Assembly: GCA_020722065.1 (NCBI GenBank)
Contig: DYLK01000001.1
Location: 16,387-80,386 of the forward strand
DNA: 64,000 bases
Source: Melioribacter roseus
GTDB taxonomy: Bacteria; Bacteroidota; Ignavibacteria; Ignavibacteriales; Melioribacteraceae
Reading direction: 5' to 3'
Shown here in pieces: positions 9,612 through 20,926 of the stretch. The position numbers and the translations under genes are program-made. Within the stretch, counting starts at the first letter, position 1. Every line of letters starts with the position of its first letter. Below the pieces are notes generated by a model. The model was not told the origin of the DNA, did not search any database, and saw only the letters and a list, made by a program, of their open reading frames with translations.

Positions 9612-10822
9612 TTATAAAATATTTTTTGGTAGTAAAATAGTGAAAGTTGAACCAAGATTTGATGTCTCTTTTAAGAATAACTTTCCTTTGTGATATTCAT
9701 TTATAATCCGTTTTGAAAGAGATAATCCTAGTCCCCAACCTCGGAGTTTAGTTGAATAACCAGGAGTAAACAATTTTTTCTTCGATTTACTATCAATTCC
9801 TTTCCCATTGTCAGAAACTTCAATAACAATATATTTCAAGTTTTCTACAACTTTTATCTTTATTACGCCTTTTTTTGACTCAATTGCATCACGTGCATTT
9901 TTAATTAAATTTTCAATAACCCATTCAAATAAATCAGGATTTACATTCGTAATTATCGATTTATCACAATCGACTAAAATTGAAATTTGCATTCCTGATT
10001 GAGGAAACCTTCTATCGAAATATCGCTTTATTTCTTCTAATTTTTCTAACAAATTTATTTTTTTAAGCTCAGGTCTGCTACCAATTTTTGAAAATCTGTT
10101 TGCAATCCTATTTAATCTGTTTAAATCGTTTGTTATTTCCTCAGAAATATCTAATACTTTAACGGGATTTTCATAATTTAATTTGATTAATTCATTCCAA
10201 CCTAATAAACTTGAAATTGGAGTCCCAAGTTGGTGAGCCGTTTCTTTGGATAAACCAACCCAGATATTGCTTTCTTCGGATTTACGAAAATAATTAAATG
10301 TGAAATACGCTATTATTAGAAAAATAATTGCAAAAGCAATTTGTGCAAAAGGGAAATAGTACAAAAGTAGAATGACATCCGAACTACCGTAATAAATCTT
10401 TCTCCAAACAACATCTTGTGGATAATAAACAAGAATTGGTTCGTTTTGTTTGCTAAATTCTTTTACTTTATTGTTTAAAAAAGTGAGTAATTGGGCGTGA
10501 GTGAAAGTTGAGTCAAATTCAATATTTCGAAATCCTGTTCCATTCGTTTCTACTATTGGAATATCATTTGTATCGGTAATAATGAGAGGAAAATCAATTC
10601 TTTGGACAATATTCTCAAAAATAAATGTGAAATCACCAGCAATTCCTTCTGAGTTAGCTAAATATGTTAAACTCTTTGCATAGAGATTAGCGATTTCCGT
10701 TTCTTTTTCTTGAATTTTCTGAATTATCATTTGTGAAAAAAATAATGAAGAAATTCCCAAAAAAGTAGCCACAAGCAGGAGTAATAGTTTAATTCTGCTT
10801 TTTAATGAAAAGGAGGTATTCA

Positions 10823-10823
<1 letters not shown>
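9612..10823 (-). CDS. Membrane sensor histidine kinase (two TM helices, extracytoplasmic loop, HisKA + HATPase_c), orphan
   Basis: 403 aa. TM1 is LLLLLVATFLGISSLFF and TM2 is FAIIFLIIAYFTFNYF. The H-box is ETAHQLGTPISSLLGW, and the N/G boxes are IENLIKNARDA, DNGKGI, GWGLGLS. Its ATG overlaps the purA stop (TAATG). Confidence 0.85.
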
Positions 10824-12444
<1,621 letters not shown>

Positions 12445-12600
12445 TTGTTTTACTCCACGTTTATTGTTCATTATGATAAAGAAAATTAAAGAGTATAAAT
12501 TTCATAATCAAATTTTTTCTATTAAATTTATACAAGTGATTTATAAGACGTAAATAATTAAGAAAGTTCAAACAAATTCAGAAAACCAACGTCAAAATTT

Positions 12601-13185
12601 TTGGAAGAAATAAATAATAATATAGTTTTTGATGAAGAAACCGAAAAAGATTTTGCATTAATTCGAGAATTTAATTCTGGAAAAGAGCGTTCTTTTAGCG
12701 ATCTAATTCTACGACATCGCGATAAAGTGAGAAACTTATGCTATATAACACTTGGCGATTCGGATTACGTTGATGATGTTATCCAAGATGTTCTTGTAAA
12801 CGTTTATCAGAATCTTAACTCTTTTCGGTTCGAAGCAAAATTCTCAACTTGGCTTTACAGAATAACTGTTAACAAATGCCGAGATTACCTTCGAAAAAAG
12901 AAGATAAGAAAGATTTTCATTGCACAAGAAGATGATTATAATTTTGTTTCTTCTGATAGAAAACATTTTGAAAATTTTGACTTAGGTGTAATATTGAATA
13001 AAGCAATAGCTAAATTACCTGAAAAATTGAAAGAACCTTTAATTTTGCGAGATGTTGAAGGCTATAGTTACAATGAAATTTCAGAAATGCTAAATGTTGA
13101 AATTGGGACAATTAAATCAAGAATTTTCAGAGCACGCGAAACGCTTAAAGCTTTACTAAAACCTTACCAAGAAAACAGAATGTAA
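12601..13185 (+). CDS. ECF-type (group 4) sigma-70 family RNA polymerase sigma factor
   Basis: 194 aa with only regions 2 and 4. Region 2 is DVIQDVLVNVYQNLNSFRFEAKFSTWLYRITVNKCRDYLRKKK. Region 4 is LKEPLILRDVEGYSYNEISEMLNVEIGTIKSRIFRARETLK. TTG 12601 is the only start-like codon between the in-frame TAA at 12559-12561 and region 2. Confidence 0.9.
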   Translation: MEEINNNIVFDEETEKDFALIREFNSGKERSFSDLILRHRDKVRNLCYITLGDSDYVDDVIQDVLVNVYQNLNSFRFEAKFSTWLYRITVNKCRDYLRKKKIRKIFIAQEDDYNFVSSDRKHFENFDLGVILNKAIAKLPEKLKEPLILRDVEGYSYNEISEMLNVEIGTIKSRIFRARETLKALLKPYQENRM

Positions 13186-13188
13186 GTT

Positions 13189-15273
13189 ATGCTTTCAGAT
13201 AAAATAAAATACTTCTTTCAATCAAAATTGATGGAAAAAGCAATATTTTTTTCTGTTACATTTTTTTTATATAAACTTTTCTTCCCTTATCAAGAGACAT
13301 TTCTAACAACATTTATCACAGAATTTTTAGTAGTAAACTCACTTTATTTTTGGTTGGCTTTTCTACCACAAAAACTTATAGTTAAAAGAACAACAATTTT
13401 AACTCTTTTTAGCACATTATTATTTATTGGATTTGTTTTCCTTATAACCGAAGCAATAATTATTTCTCTTTTACCAGAAAAAGAATTTTTTAAACTTGGT
13501 TTTTTTTACAATTCGTTAGTTACTGTTCTTTCTATTGTTCTTGCTGGACTTTCAGTTTACATTTTTTCTATTTTTAAGAAATTATTCTTCCTAAAGCAGA
13601 AATATAGCCCAACAAGTTATTTCAAGGTGATGGTAATATTTGTTTCACTTGTTGGCTTTTTAACGTCATTTTCTTCATATCTAAAGCAATTTTTTGGTTT
13701 TAAGGAGTATATTGAAGAAAATTTCTTTTCAGTATCAATTTTTATTGAATGGTTAACTGACATAGAATCAATATTACAAATTGGATTAATAATAATTCTG
13801 ATTTTTAATAGTTTTAGAGTTGCTTGGTTGGCATCTTTAAATAAATCTGAAAAACAAAAAATTATTCTTTTCAGCTTAATTTTGGTTGCAATAAACGGAA
13901 ATGCACTTTACTTTCTTTTTGAAAATTCTACTATCACAAAATTGGCTTATCTTTTTTCACCTTTTCTATATATATCAATAACTTCAATTATTCTTTATGC
14001 AGGAATTTACTCACTTGTGATTTTTTTTACTACACTTTTCCATTTGCCCACAGCCGAAGAATCAGATAGAAAAACTGAAGAATTATCAACTTTACTAAAT
14101 TTTGGGAAATTAATGGCGCACATTCTTGATTTACACGAATTACTGGAATCAATTATGACAATGAGCCTCAAATTATCCAATTTTAACGCAGCATGGTTTT
14201 ATTATCCAAACAATTCAGAAAAGAAAATTTTAACAAAAAACATTCAGAATTCTAAACTCGAACAGATTTCTAATAAACTACTTGAAAAAGTTGATGTTAA
14301 AACTTCAAGGCAGACAATTTTATCAAAATATCAAAATATTTATCACGAATTAAACTCGGAATATGCTTCAACAATAATAGTTCAATTCGAATTTGATAAA
14401 GAATCGGCTTATTTATTCTTGCTCCAAGAAAAATATTCCGATGTAGAAGACGAGGTTTTCAATTCAATTCAAGGTTTGCGAGATTATGCAATTGTGGCAT
14501 TGAAAAACGCAATTTTGGTCGTAAATTCAATCGAAAAGGAAAGAATGGAAAAAGAATTGGAACTCGCACGCGAAATACAAGGAAGAATAAATCCGCAAAT
14601 TCTACCAAAATTCCAACATTTCGATGTTGCTGCCAAATTTATTCCCGCTTTTGAAGTCGGCGGCGATTATTACGATTTTTTTACTATTGGCGATAAAACT
14701 GGTTTTGTGATTGCCGATGTTTCGGGCAAAGGAATGGAAGCCTCATACATAATGGCAGAAATGAAAGGAGTTTTCGAAACACTTTCAACAATTTACACTG
14801 ATTTGAAAGATTTATTAATTCAAGCCAATAGAATCTTTCTTAAAAGATTATCAAAAAAAAGTTTTATAACTGCAATTGTTGGTATTATTGACGACAAGGA
14901 AAGTAAAATCAATTATTTCAGAATCGGGCATAATTTACCGCTAAAAATAGATAAAGAAAGCAGATATCTTGAAAGTAAAGGGTTCCCGTTTGGAATGGTT
15001 AATAATGAAATTTTTGCCGAAAATTTAGAAGAAGTGGAAGTGAAATTTTCACAAGAAACTACGATGATTTTTTACACAGATGGAATTTCAGAAAGTATGA
15101 ATGAAAATGATGAACTTTTTGGATACGAAAGACTACAAAAACTTGGAATTAATTTGGCGAATGAAAATGCTGAAACTATTTCTCAAGTTATTTTAACTGA
15201 AGTTGGTTTGTATTCTAAATCAACAATTCAAGATGATGATATTACAATCTTAATTTTTAAGAAAAGTATATGA
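13189..15273 (+). CDS. Polytopic-membrane PP2C/SpoIIE-family serine phosphatase (RsbU-like)
   Basis: 694 aa. There are roughly 8-10 hydrophobic helices in residues 1-290, then a GAF-like linker. The PP2C motifs are VGGDYYDF, ADVSGKGMEAS, FYTDGISE and QDDDITILIF. It starts 4 nt after the sigma gene stop. Confidence 0.85.
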   Translation: MLSDKIKYFFQSKLMEKAIFFSVTFFLYKLFFPYQETFLTTFITEFLVVNSLYFWLAFLPQKLIVKRTTILTLFSTLLFIGFVFLITEAIIISLLPEKEFFKLGFFYNSLVTVLSIVLAGLSVYIFSIFKKLFFLKQKYSPTSYFKVMVIFVSLVGFLTSFSSYLKQFFGFKEYIEENFFSVSIFIEWLTDIESILQIGLIIILIFNSFRVAWLASLNKSEKQKIILFSLILVAINGNALYFLFENSTITKLAYLFSPFLYISITSIILYAGIYSLVIFFTTLFHLPTAEESDRKTEELSTLLNFGKLMAHILDLHELLESIMTMSLKLSNFNAAWFYYPNNSEKKILTKNIQNSKLEQISNKLLEKVDVKTSRQTILSKYQNIYHELNSEYASTIIVQFEFDKESAYLFLLQEKYSDVEDEVFNSIQGLRDYAIVALKNAILVVNSIEKERMEKELELAREIQGRINPQILPKFQHFDVAAKFIPAFEVGGDYYDFFTIGDKTGFVIADVSGKGMEASYIMAEMKGVFETLSTIYTDLKDLLIQANRIFLKRLSKKSFITAIVGIIDDKESKINYFRIGHNLPLKIDKESRYLESKGFPFGMVNNEIFAENLEEVEVKFSQETTMIFYTDGISESMNENDELFGYERLQKLGINLANENAETISQVILTEVGLYSKSTIQDDDITILIFKKSI

Positions 15274-15283
15274 TGGAGATATA

Positions 15284-15634
15284 ATGCAAGATTTCAAAGT
15301 TGAACTTACGCAAAAGGATAAGGTACAATTAGTAAAAATTGTCGGTATTTTAGACGCTCACACAACTGGTGAATTAGAAAAGTACTTTGATAAATTGGTA
15401 AGCGAAAAAAAATATCACATTTTGGTAAATTTAAGCGAATTAAACTATATAAGCAGTGCAGGTCTCGGAGTTTTTATGGCGTATGTTGAGACAATGCGTG
15501 AAAATAATGGCGATATCAAATTTGCAGAATTGCAAGATAAAGTATTTCACGTATTTGACTTACTCGGTTTTCCGATGTTGTACGAATTTTATCAAAAAGA
15601 AGAAGAAGCACTTAAAAAATTTATCGAAGGTTAA
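15284..15634 (+). CDS. STAS-domain anti-sigma-factor antagonist (RsbV/SpoIIAA-like), copy 2
   Basis: 116 aa. It has NLSELNYISSAGLGVFMA (conserved Ser-x-GLG) and FAELQDKVFHVFDLLGF, typical of antagonist C-termini. Confidence 0.9.
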   Translation: MQDFKVELTQKDKVQLVKIVGILDAHTTGELEKYFDKLVSEKKYHILVNLSELNYISSAGLGVFMAYVETMRENNGDIKFAELQDKVFHVFDLLGFPMLYEFYQKEEEALKKFIEG

Positions 15635-16066
15635 TTGAAAACAACTATTAATGAAATATCGATACAAAGCAAAACTGAGAATTTGAAGGTAATTCGCAAT
15701 TTTGTGCAAGAAATTGCAAGCAATTGCATGTTCGATTCTTCCGTAATTGCTGATATTGTCCTTTCCGTTGATGAAGCTTGTACAAATATAATTGAACACG
15801 CTTATTCTTGCGATGCAAAAGGTGAAATAATTCTGAAAATAGAATGTGCTGATGATAAAATTTTGATTGAAATAACAGATTTTGGTGTAGAATTCAACCC
15901 AATTTCAGTACCAAAACCAAATATTGCTCAACATCTTGCCGAGAAAAAATCTGGCGGCTTAGGAGTTTATATTATTAAGCAATTAATGGATGAAATAATT
16001 TATCAACGAAAAGACGAAAAGATAAATAAACTTACTTTAATTAAATATAGAGCACAAATTGCTTGA
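15635..16066 (+). CDS. Anti-sigma regulatory factor / serine protein kinase (RsbW/SpoIIAB-like HATPase_c)
   Basis: 143 aa. The N-box is VDEACTNIIEHAY, G1 is DFGVEFNP and G2 is GGLGVYIIKQLMD. The TTG start directly abuts the TAA stop of the STAS gene and is in the same reading frame. Confidence 0.85.
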   Translation: MKTTINEISIQSKTENLKVIRNFVQEIASNCMFDSSVIADIVLSVDEACTNIIEHAYSCDAKGEIILKIECADDKILIEITDFGVEFNPISVPKPNIAQHLAEKKSGGLGVYIIKQLMDEIIYQRKDEKINKLTLIKYRAQIA

Positions 16067-17720
16067 GAGTGAAAAAATATTAAAACGAAACATTTCAGCA
16101 TTAATCGATTTTAGCAATAAAATCAATTCAAATTTGGATGTGGATTTTACTCTTCGCAATCTTTTACTTACACTTTTTGCAAAGTTTTTTATCACGAAAG
16201 GAGCAATTTTACTCTATAATTCTAAAAATTTACTTGAAAATAGATTTTCAAAGGGAATCTCAGAAACGTTTTCAGAAGAAATTAGTAAATTGAATGAAAA
16301 TGAAAATGAAATTGAAAACCTCGAAAATCTTTATCAAAAATATAATCTGAAATACATTTTCGAGATTAAACACAGTGAAAATAGATTAGGATTTTTAATT
16401 TTGGGCAACAGAATCAACAAAGAACAACTTTCCAATGATGATTTTGACTTTATCCAATCAATCTTAAATATAGCCGCGACATCTATACAAAATAGTTTGA
16501 TGTTCGAAAAAATTACGTCAATTAATCAACAATTAGATTCAAAAATAAATCAATTAAATTCACTTTTTGATTTAGCAAAGGAATTTTCTGGTGTTTTTGA
16601 TGTAAAACTTGCTGCTAAAAAGTTTATTTATACGGTTTTAGGACAATTTCTAATTTCTAAGTATTCAATAATCAGTTGCGGTTCAAGCTATGAAATTATT
16701 GAATCGAAGTTTGATGAAAACACAATTAAGCAAATTTGCGAAGAAAATCGCGATATTCTTCAAAATCCCAATGTTTCATCAATTACACATTCAAATCTTA
16801 AGAAAAATGGGATTGAAATTGCAATTCCAATGAAAATGAAAGATGAAATCAAAGGAATTGTATTTTTAGGGAAAAGAGCAAATGGAATGGAATTTTCAAA
16901 ATCAGATATTGAATTTATTTCATCAGTAGCAAGTTTAGCCACAATTTCGATGGAAAATGGAAGATTATTCAACGAATTCCTTGAAAAAAAGAAAATTGAA
17001 AAAGATTTAGATTTAGCTCGAACAATTCAACAGAATCTTATTCCAAGCAATTTACCAAAATTAAATAATTTCGAAATCTCAGCAATTAACAAACCAGCAA
17101 AAAAAGTTAGTGGCGATTATTTTGATGTAATAAAATTAGTTGGGAATAGAATTCTTATTGTTATTGCCGATGTTTCGGGAAAAGGAATGCAGGCTGCCTT
17201 ATTAATGGCAAATTTGCAAGCTTTTATCAAAAGTCTTGCAAGAAAATCTGATTTTAAAATTGCGGAATCAACAAATATTTTGAACGATTTAGTTAGCGAA
17301 AACACAATAAATGGAAGTTTTATAACGATGTTTTGGGGAATTTTAGATGACACAAACAAAACATTTGAATTTGTAAATGCTGGACATAATCCGCCACTTC
17401 TGATTAGAAATGGAAATATAGAAAAGTTAAAAGTTGGCGGAATGATTCTTGGCGTAATGGAAACGTTAGTTCCTTATTCAAGTAGAATTGTTCAACTTAA
17501 TTCTAACGATTTTTTGTATTTATTCACAGATGGAATTACAGAAGCGATGGATGAAAATTTAAGAGAATTTTCAGATGAAAAATTTGAACAAATTGCATCA
17601 AATTTTAATGGAAACACTTCTTCGCAAGCAGTAGAGAAAATTTTGGATGAAGTTTCTATTCACACTAAAAATGTTGAACAATCAGATGATATTACTTTAA
17701 TGATAATTAAAACGAACTAA
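16059..17720 (+). CDS. Cytoplasmic GAF-domain PP2C/SpoIIE-family serine phosphatase
   Basis: 553 aa with no TM segments and two GAF-like regions (..RLGFLILGNR.., ..KGIVFLGKRANG..). The PP2C motifs are VSGDYFDV, ADVSGKGMQAA, LFTDGITEA and QSDDITLMII. It has a TTG start and overlaps the kinase gene by 8 nt. Confidence 0.85.
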   Translation: MLESEKILKRNISALIDFSNKINSNLDVDFTLRNLLLTLFAKFFITKGAILLYNSKNLLENRFSKGISETFSEEISKLNENENEIENLENLYQKYNLKYIFEIKHSENRLGFLILGNRINKEQLSNDDFDFIQSILNIAATSIQNSLMFEKITSINQQLDSKINQLNSLFDLAKEFSGVFDVKLAAKKFIYTVLGQFLISKYSIISCGSSYEIIESKFDENTIKQICEENRDILQNPNVSSITHSNLKKNGIEIAIPMKMKDEIKGIVFLGKRANGMEFSKSDIEFISSVASLATISMENGRLFNEFLEKKKIEKDLDLARTIQQNLIPSNLPKLNNFEISAINKPAKKVSGDYFDVIKLVGNRILIVIADVSGKGMQAALLMANLQAFIKSLARKSDFKIAESTNILNDLVSENTINGSFITMFWGILDDTNKTFEFVNAGHNPPLLIRNGNIEKLKVGGMILGVMETLVPYSSRIVQLNSNDFLYLFTDGITEAMDENLREFSDEKFEQIASNFNGNTSSQAVEKILDEVSIHTKNVEQSDDITLMIIKTN

Positions 17721-17722
17721 AT

Positions 17723-20293
17723 ATGGAAAGATTAAATAATTTTTTGACAAAACTGAAATATTACATTTCGCCCACATTAACGGTTTTTCTTGTCATTTTT
17801 GGATTTATTCAAATTTATTTTACACTTTTTGTAACTCCTCGCTCAAATGATGAATGTTTGTGGATTGAAAAAAAAGTCTCTGAAGATAGTTCGTACATTT
17901 ATTTTTACAAAGTAAAACAAAATGGTGTTACTTGGGAAGCGGGAATTCGAGATGGCGATATTTTTCAATCTATAAACGGGCAGAAAATTAAAGATGTTCG
18001 ACAGGCATCTTACATTATTGATAGTTTGAAAAGTGGCAAAATGGCAAACTACACTTTTTCCCGTGATGGAAAAGAGTACACAACAAAAGTGAGAATGAAG
18101 AAATTAATAAACTTTCCTAGCCTTGCCTTGGAAGTGTATTCGCTTTTATGGTTAATTGTTGGTTTCATTGTCTATCGTTCAAAACCAAGTAGTGTAGTGC
18201 AAAGTAAATTTTTTAACTTAGGTGTTTTTTTAGTCCTTTATGCTGGGCTTTCTGTTTTAACAATTGCAAGTACAGTTCCAAACCCGATTATGAATGAGCC
18301 AAAACTTATTATTATTATCGGTTTAACGGGAACATTTGCTTCTGCGCTAATTCCATCGGCAATTGTTGAATTATTTTTGCTTTTCCCATTAAAATTCAAA
18401 ATAATTGAAAAGCGAATTACTTCAATTTTATTGAAATCTTTCTCATTACTTTTAATTTTAGTATATATTTCCTTAAAATTCTTTATTAATCTTGAATTTC
18501 TTATTAAAATTGAAGGAATGTACTATTTAGCTGAATTAATATTTTCGCAAATTGTTAGGTTAAGTTTCATTGTTTCACTTGTAATTGGGTTTATAACTTT
18601 TACATATTCTTATTTTAAGATAAAAATTAAAGCTCAAAGAAAACCACTTACTATAATTCTTTTTGCATATTTAATAGGGATTTTTGGATTATTCTACGTT
18701 TCTACTTTAGCTCAAGTTTTTGCGGAAACTGTGTTCAATTCACCTGAACATTACATGCCGATAATTTTAATAGCTTTAATTCCAATTTCATTTGGTTATT
18801 CTATTTTTAGATATTCACTTATGGATGTTACAGAAGTTGTAAAGAATACAGTTTTATATGTACTTACTTCGATTCTTTTGGCTGGAATTTACTTCTTTTT
18901 TATTATTTTCTTGGGAGCTTCAATAATTTCGGTTTTGGGTCCTGAATATCAGGGATTAATTATTGGAATAGTTTTCATAATGTTTGTTATCCTATTCCAA
19001 TCAACAAAAGAAAAAGCTGATGAATTCTTAACTAAAACATTCTTCCCCGAAAAATTAGCTTTTCGAGAAGTACTTTTAAAGTTTGATAGCGAAATTTCTG
19101 GCATTCTGAATGTAAATGAAATATTATCCAAAACAGGAATTATTTTTAAGGAAAAATTAGATATTTCAGCTTTTGGAATTGGTTTAGTTGAAAAGAATAT
19201 TTTGAAATTCCCACTAATAAACGGAGAACAATTATTCGAAGGTGAAATTTCAATAGATTATAATACAATTCAAGAAAAAGTGGCAAATCAAAGAAAAATG
19301 ACATCAAATACTATGATTGAAAAAGTAGATTTTAGAACTATTTTCGGGAAATTTGGCGAAAATCTGATAGAAAATGGCATATATACAGTATTTCCATTAC
19401 AGACAAATAATGAGATTCTTGGCTTTCTTTTTCTTGGAACGAAACAAAAGGGAAGTGGTTTTTCTGACAATGAAATTGAGATTTTAACTGCTGTGGTTAA
19501 TCAAATATCAATTGCAATTAAAAACACACAGTATTATGAAAATGAAAAAGAAACATTGCTACTTAATATTGATTTAGAAAAAGCAAGAAATATTCAACAG
19601 AATTTGCTACCTAATGAAATGCCAAAAATAGCTGGATTTGAAATATTTGGGAAAATGATTCCAGCAAAATGGGTTGGTGGAGATTATTTTGATATTATTA
19701 AAATATCAGAAACTAAATTTTATGTTGTAATTGGCGATGTTTCGGGGAAAGGATTTTCTGCTTCGTTCTATATGTCAAGATTGCAAACAATGGTTCAACT
19801 TTTAGCTTCGCAAGAAATTTCTCCAAAGGAAATGATTATTCAATTGAACAAATCAATGTCTAAAATGCTTGATAAAAGCTATTTTATCACTTGTTCAATT
19901 GCTCTTTTTGATTCAGAAAGTAGGAAAATTAAGTTTGTTCGTGCGGGGCACACTCCTTTAAAAGTAAATCAAAATGGTGAAATAATTAATTATTTACCAA
20001 AAGGTTTAGCGATTGGATTAGAAAGAAATGATGATTTTATAGAAAAGATTGAAGAAATTGAAATTCCATTGCAAAATAATTCAACTTATTTCTTTTATTC
20101 TGACGGAATTGAAGAAGAAATGAATCTTGAAAATAAGAATATTGGGGAAGAATTTATTGATGAAATCCTTCGTAGTGGACAAAATGAAAAAGTGGAAGAA
20201 ATTTGGCAGAAAATTGAAACACAACTTTCGGATTTCAGACAAAAATCGCAACAACATGATGATATTACAGCCGTAATCGTGCAATATCGATAA
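17723..20293 (+). CDS. PDZ - polytopic membrane - GAF - PP2C/SpoIIE serine phosphatase
   Basis: 856 aa. TM1 is followed by a PDZ-like segment (WEAGIRDGDIFQSINGQKIKDVRQASYIIDSLKSGKMANYTFSRDGKEY). Then come about 9 hydrophobic helices and a GAF-like region (ILGFLFLGTKQKGSGFSDNE). The PP2C motifs are VGGDYFDI, GDVSGKGFSAS, FYSDGIEEE and QHDDITAVIV. Confidence 0.8.
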   Translation: MERLNNFLTKLKYYISPTLTVFLVIFGFIQIYFTLFVTPRSNDECLWIEKKVSEDSSYIYFYKVKQNGVTWEAGIRDGDIFQSINGQKIKDVRQASYIIDSLKSGKMANYTFSRDGKEYTTKVRMKKLINFPSLALEVYSLLWLIVGFIVYRSKPSSVVQSKFFNLGVFLVLYAGLSVLTIASTVPNPIMNEPKLIIIIGLTGTFASALIPSAIVELFLLFPLKFKIIEKRITSILLKSFSLLLILVYISLKFFINLEFLIKIEGMYYLAELIFSQIVRLSFIVSLVIGFITFTYSYFKIKIKAQRKPLTIILFAYLIGIFGLFYVSTLAQVFAETVFNSPEHYMPIILIALIPISFGYSIFRYSLMDVTEVVKNTVLYVLTSILLAGIYFFFIIFLGASIISVLGPEYQGLIIGIVFIMFVILFQSTKEKADEFLTKTFFPEKLAFREVLLKFDSEISGILNVNEILSKTGIIFKEKLDISAFGIGLVEKNILKFPLINGEQLFEGEISIDYNTIQEKVANQRKMTSNTMIEKVDFRTIFGKFGENLIENGIYTVFPLQTNNEILGFLFLGTKQKGSGFSDNEIEILTAVVNQISIAIKNTQYYENEKETLLLNIDLEKARNIQQNLLPNEMPKIAGFEIFGKMIPAKWVGGDYFDIIKISETKFYVVIGDVSGKGFSASFYMSRLQTMVQLLASQEISPKEMIIQLNKSMSKMLDKSYFITCSIALFDSESRKIKFVRAGHTPLKVNQNGEIINYLPKGLAIGLERNDDFIEKIEEIEIPLQNNSTYFFYSDGIEEEMNLENKNIGEEFIDEILRSGQNEKVEEIWQKIETQLSDFRQKSQQHDDITAVIVQYR

Positions 20294-20325
20294 GAAAAGT
20301 GAATTTGTAACAAAGATAGGTAATT

Positions 20326-20925
20326 ATGAAAATAATTTTCGCAACTGGAAATCTTGGCAAATTGAGTGAAGTGAAAAGAATTTTTGAAAATTATGATGTT
20401 GAACTAATATCATTAAAAGAATTAGTAAACGTGCCTGAAATCTATGAAAATGAGTTAACTTTTTCGGGGAATTCGTTCAAAAAATCGAGAGAAATATTTG
20501 AAAAATTTGGAATTCCGACAATTGCTGATGACTCTGGTTTGGTTGTTGAGCAACTAAACGGTAAACCCGGCGTTTTTTCTGCAAGATTTGCTGGTGAAAA
20601 TTGTACTTACGAAGACAATAATAAAAAATTATTGAATGAATTATCATTTTTTCCAAAGCCTCATTTTGCCAAATTTGTTTGTTCTGCAACTTATTTTTCC
20701 GCAGACAATCAATTTGAATTTATCGGGGAATTGTCCGGTGAAATTATTGATGAATTTAGAGGAAATAATGGCTTTGGTTACGACCCAATATTTGTCCCAG
20801 AAAATTATTCAAACACGTTATCCGAATTAGGGATTGAAGTTAAAAATCAAATAAGTCATAGAGCAAAAGCATTTTACGGATTAATTGATATTCTTTCTAA
20901 AAAGGGAATTATCCACTATAAATAA
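20326..20925 (+). CDS. rdgB: Non-canonical purine NTP pyrophosphatase (RdgB/HAM1 family)
   Basis: 199 aa. Motifs IIFATGNLGKLSEV, ADDSGL.V..L.G.PG..SAR, GFGYDPIF and ISHRAKA. Confidence 0.92.
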   Translation: MKIIFATGNLGKLSEVKRIFENYDVELISLKELVNVPEIYENELTFSGNSFKKSREIFEKFGIPTIADDSGLVVEQLNGKPGVFSARFAGENCTYEDNNKKLLNELSFFPKPHFAKFVCSATYFSADNQFEFIGELSGEIIDEFRGNNGFGYDPIFVPENYSNTLSELGIEVKNQISHRAKAFYGLIDILSKKGIIHYK

Positions 20926-20926
20926 C

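Noticed and set aside
12494-12532. A 9-bp inverted repeat, TATAAATTT...AAATTTATA, in the STAS/sigma divergent promoter region.
   Set aside because: It is made only of A/T with a 21-nt spacer. Such repeats are expected by chance in this composition, so it is not distinguishable from background.
16293-16319. An imperfect in-frame hexanucleotide run (AATGAA AATGAA AATGAA ATTGAA AAC, encoding NENENEIEN) in the GAF phosphatase gene.
   Set aside because: It is short, imperfect and codes for a low-complexity linker. There is no evidence for phase or length variation from a single sequence.
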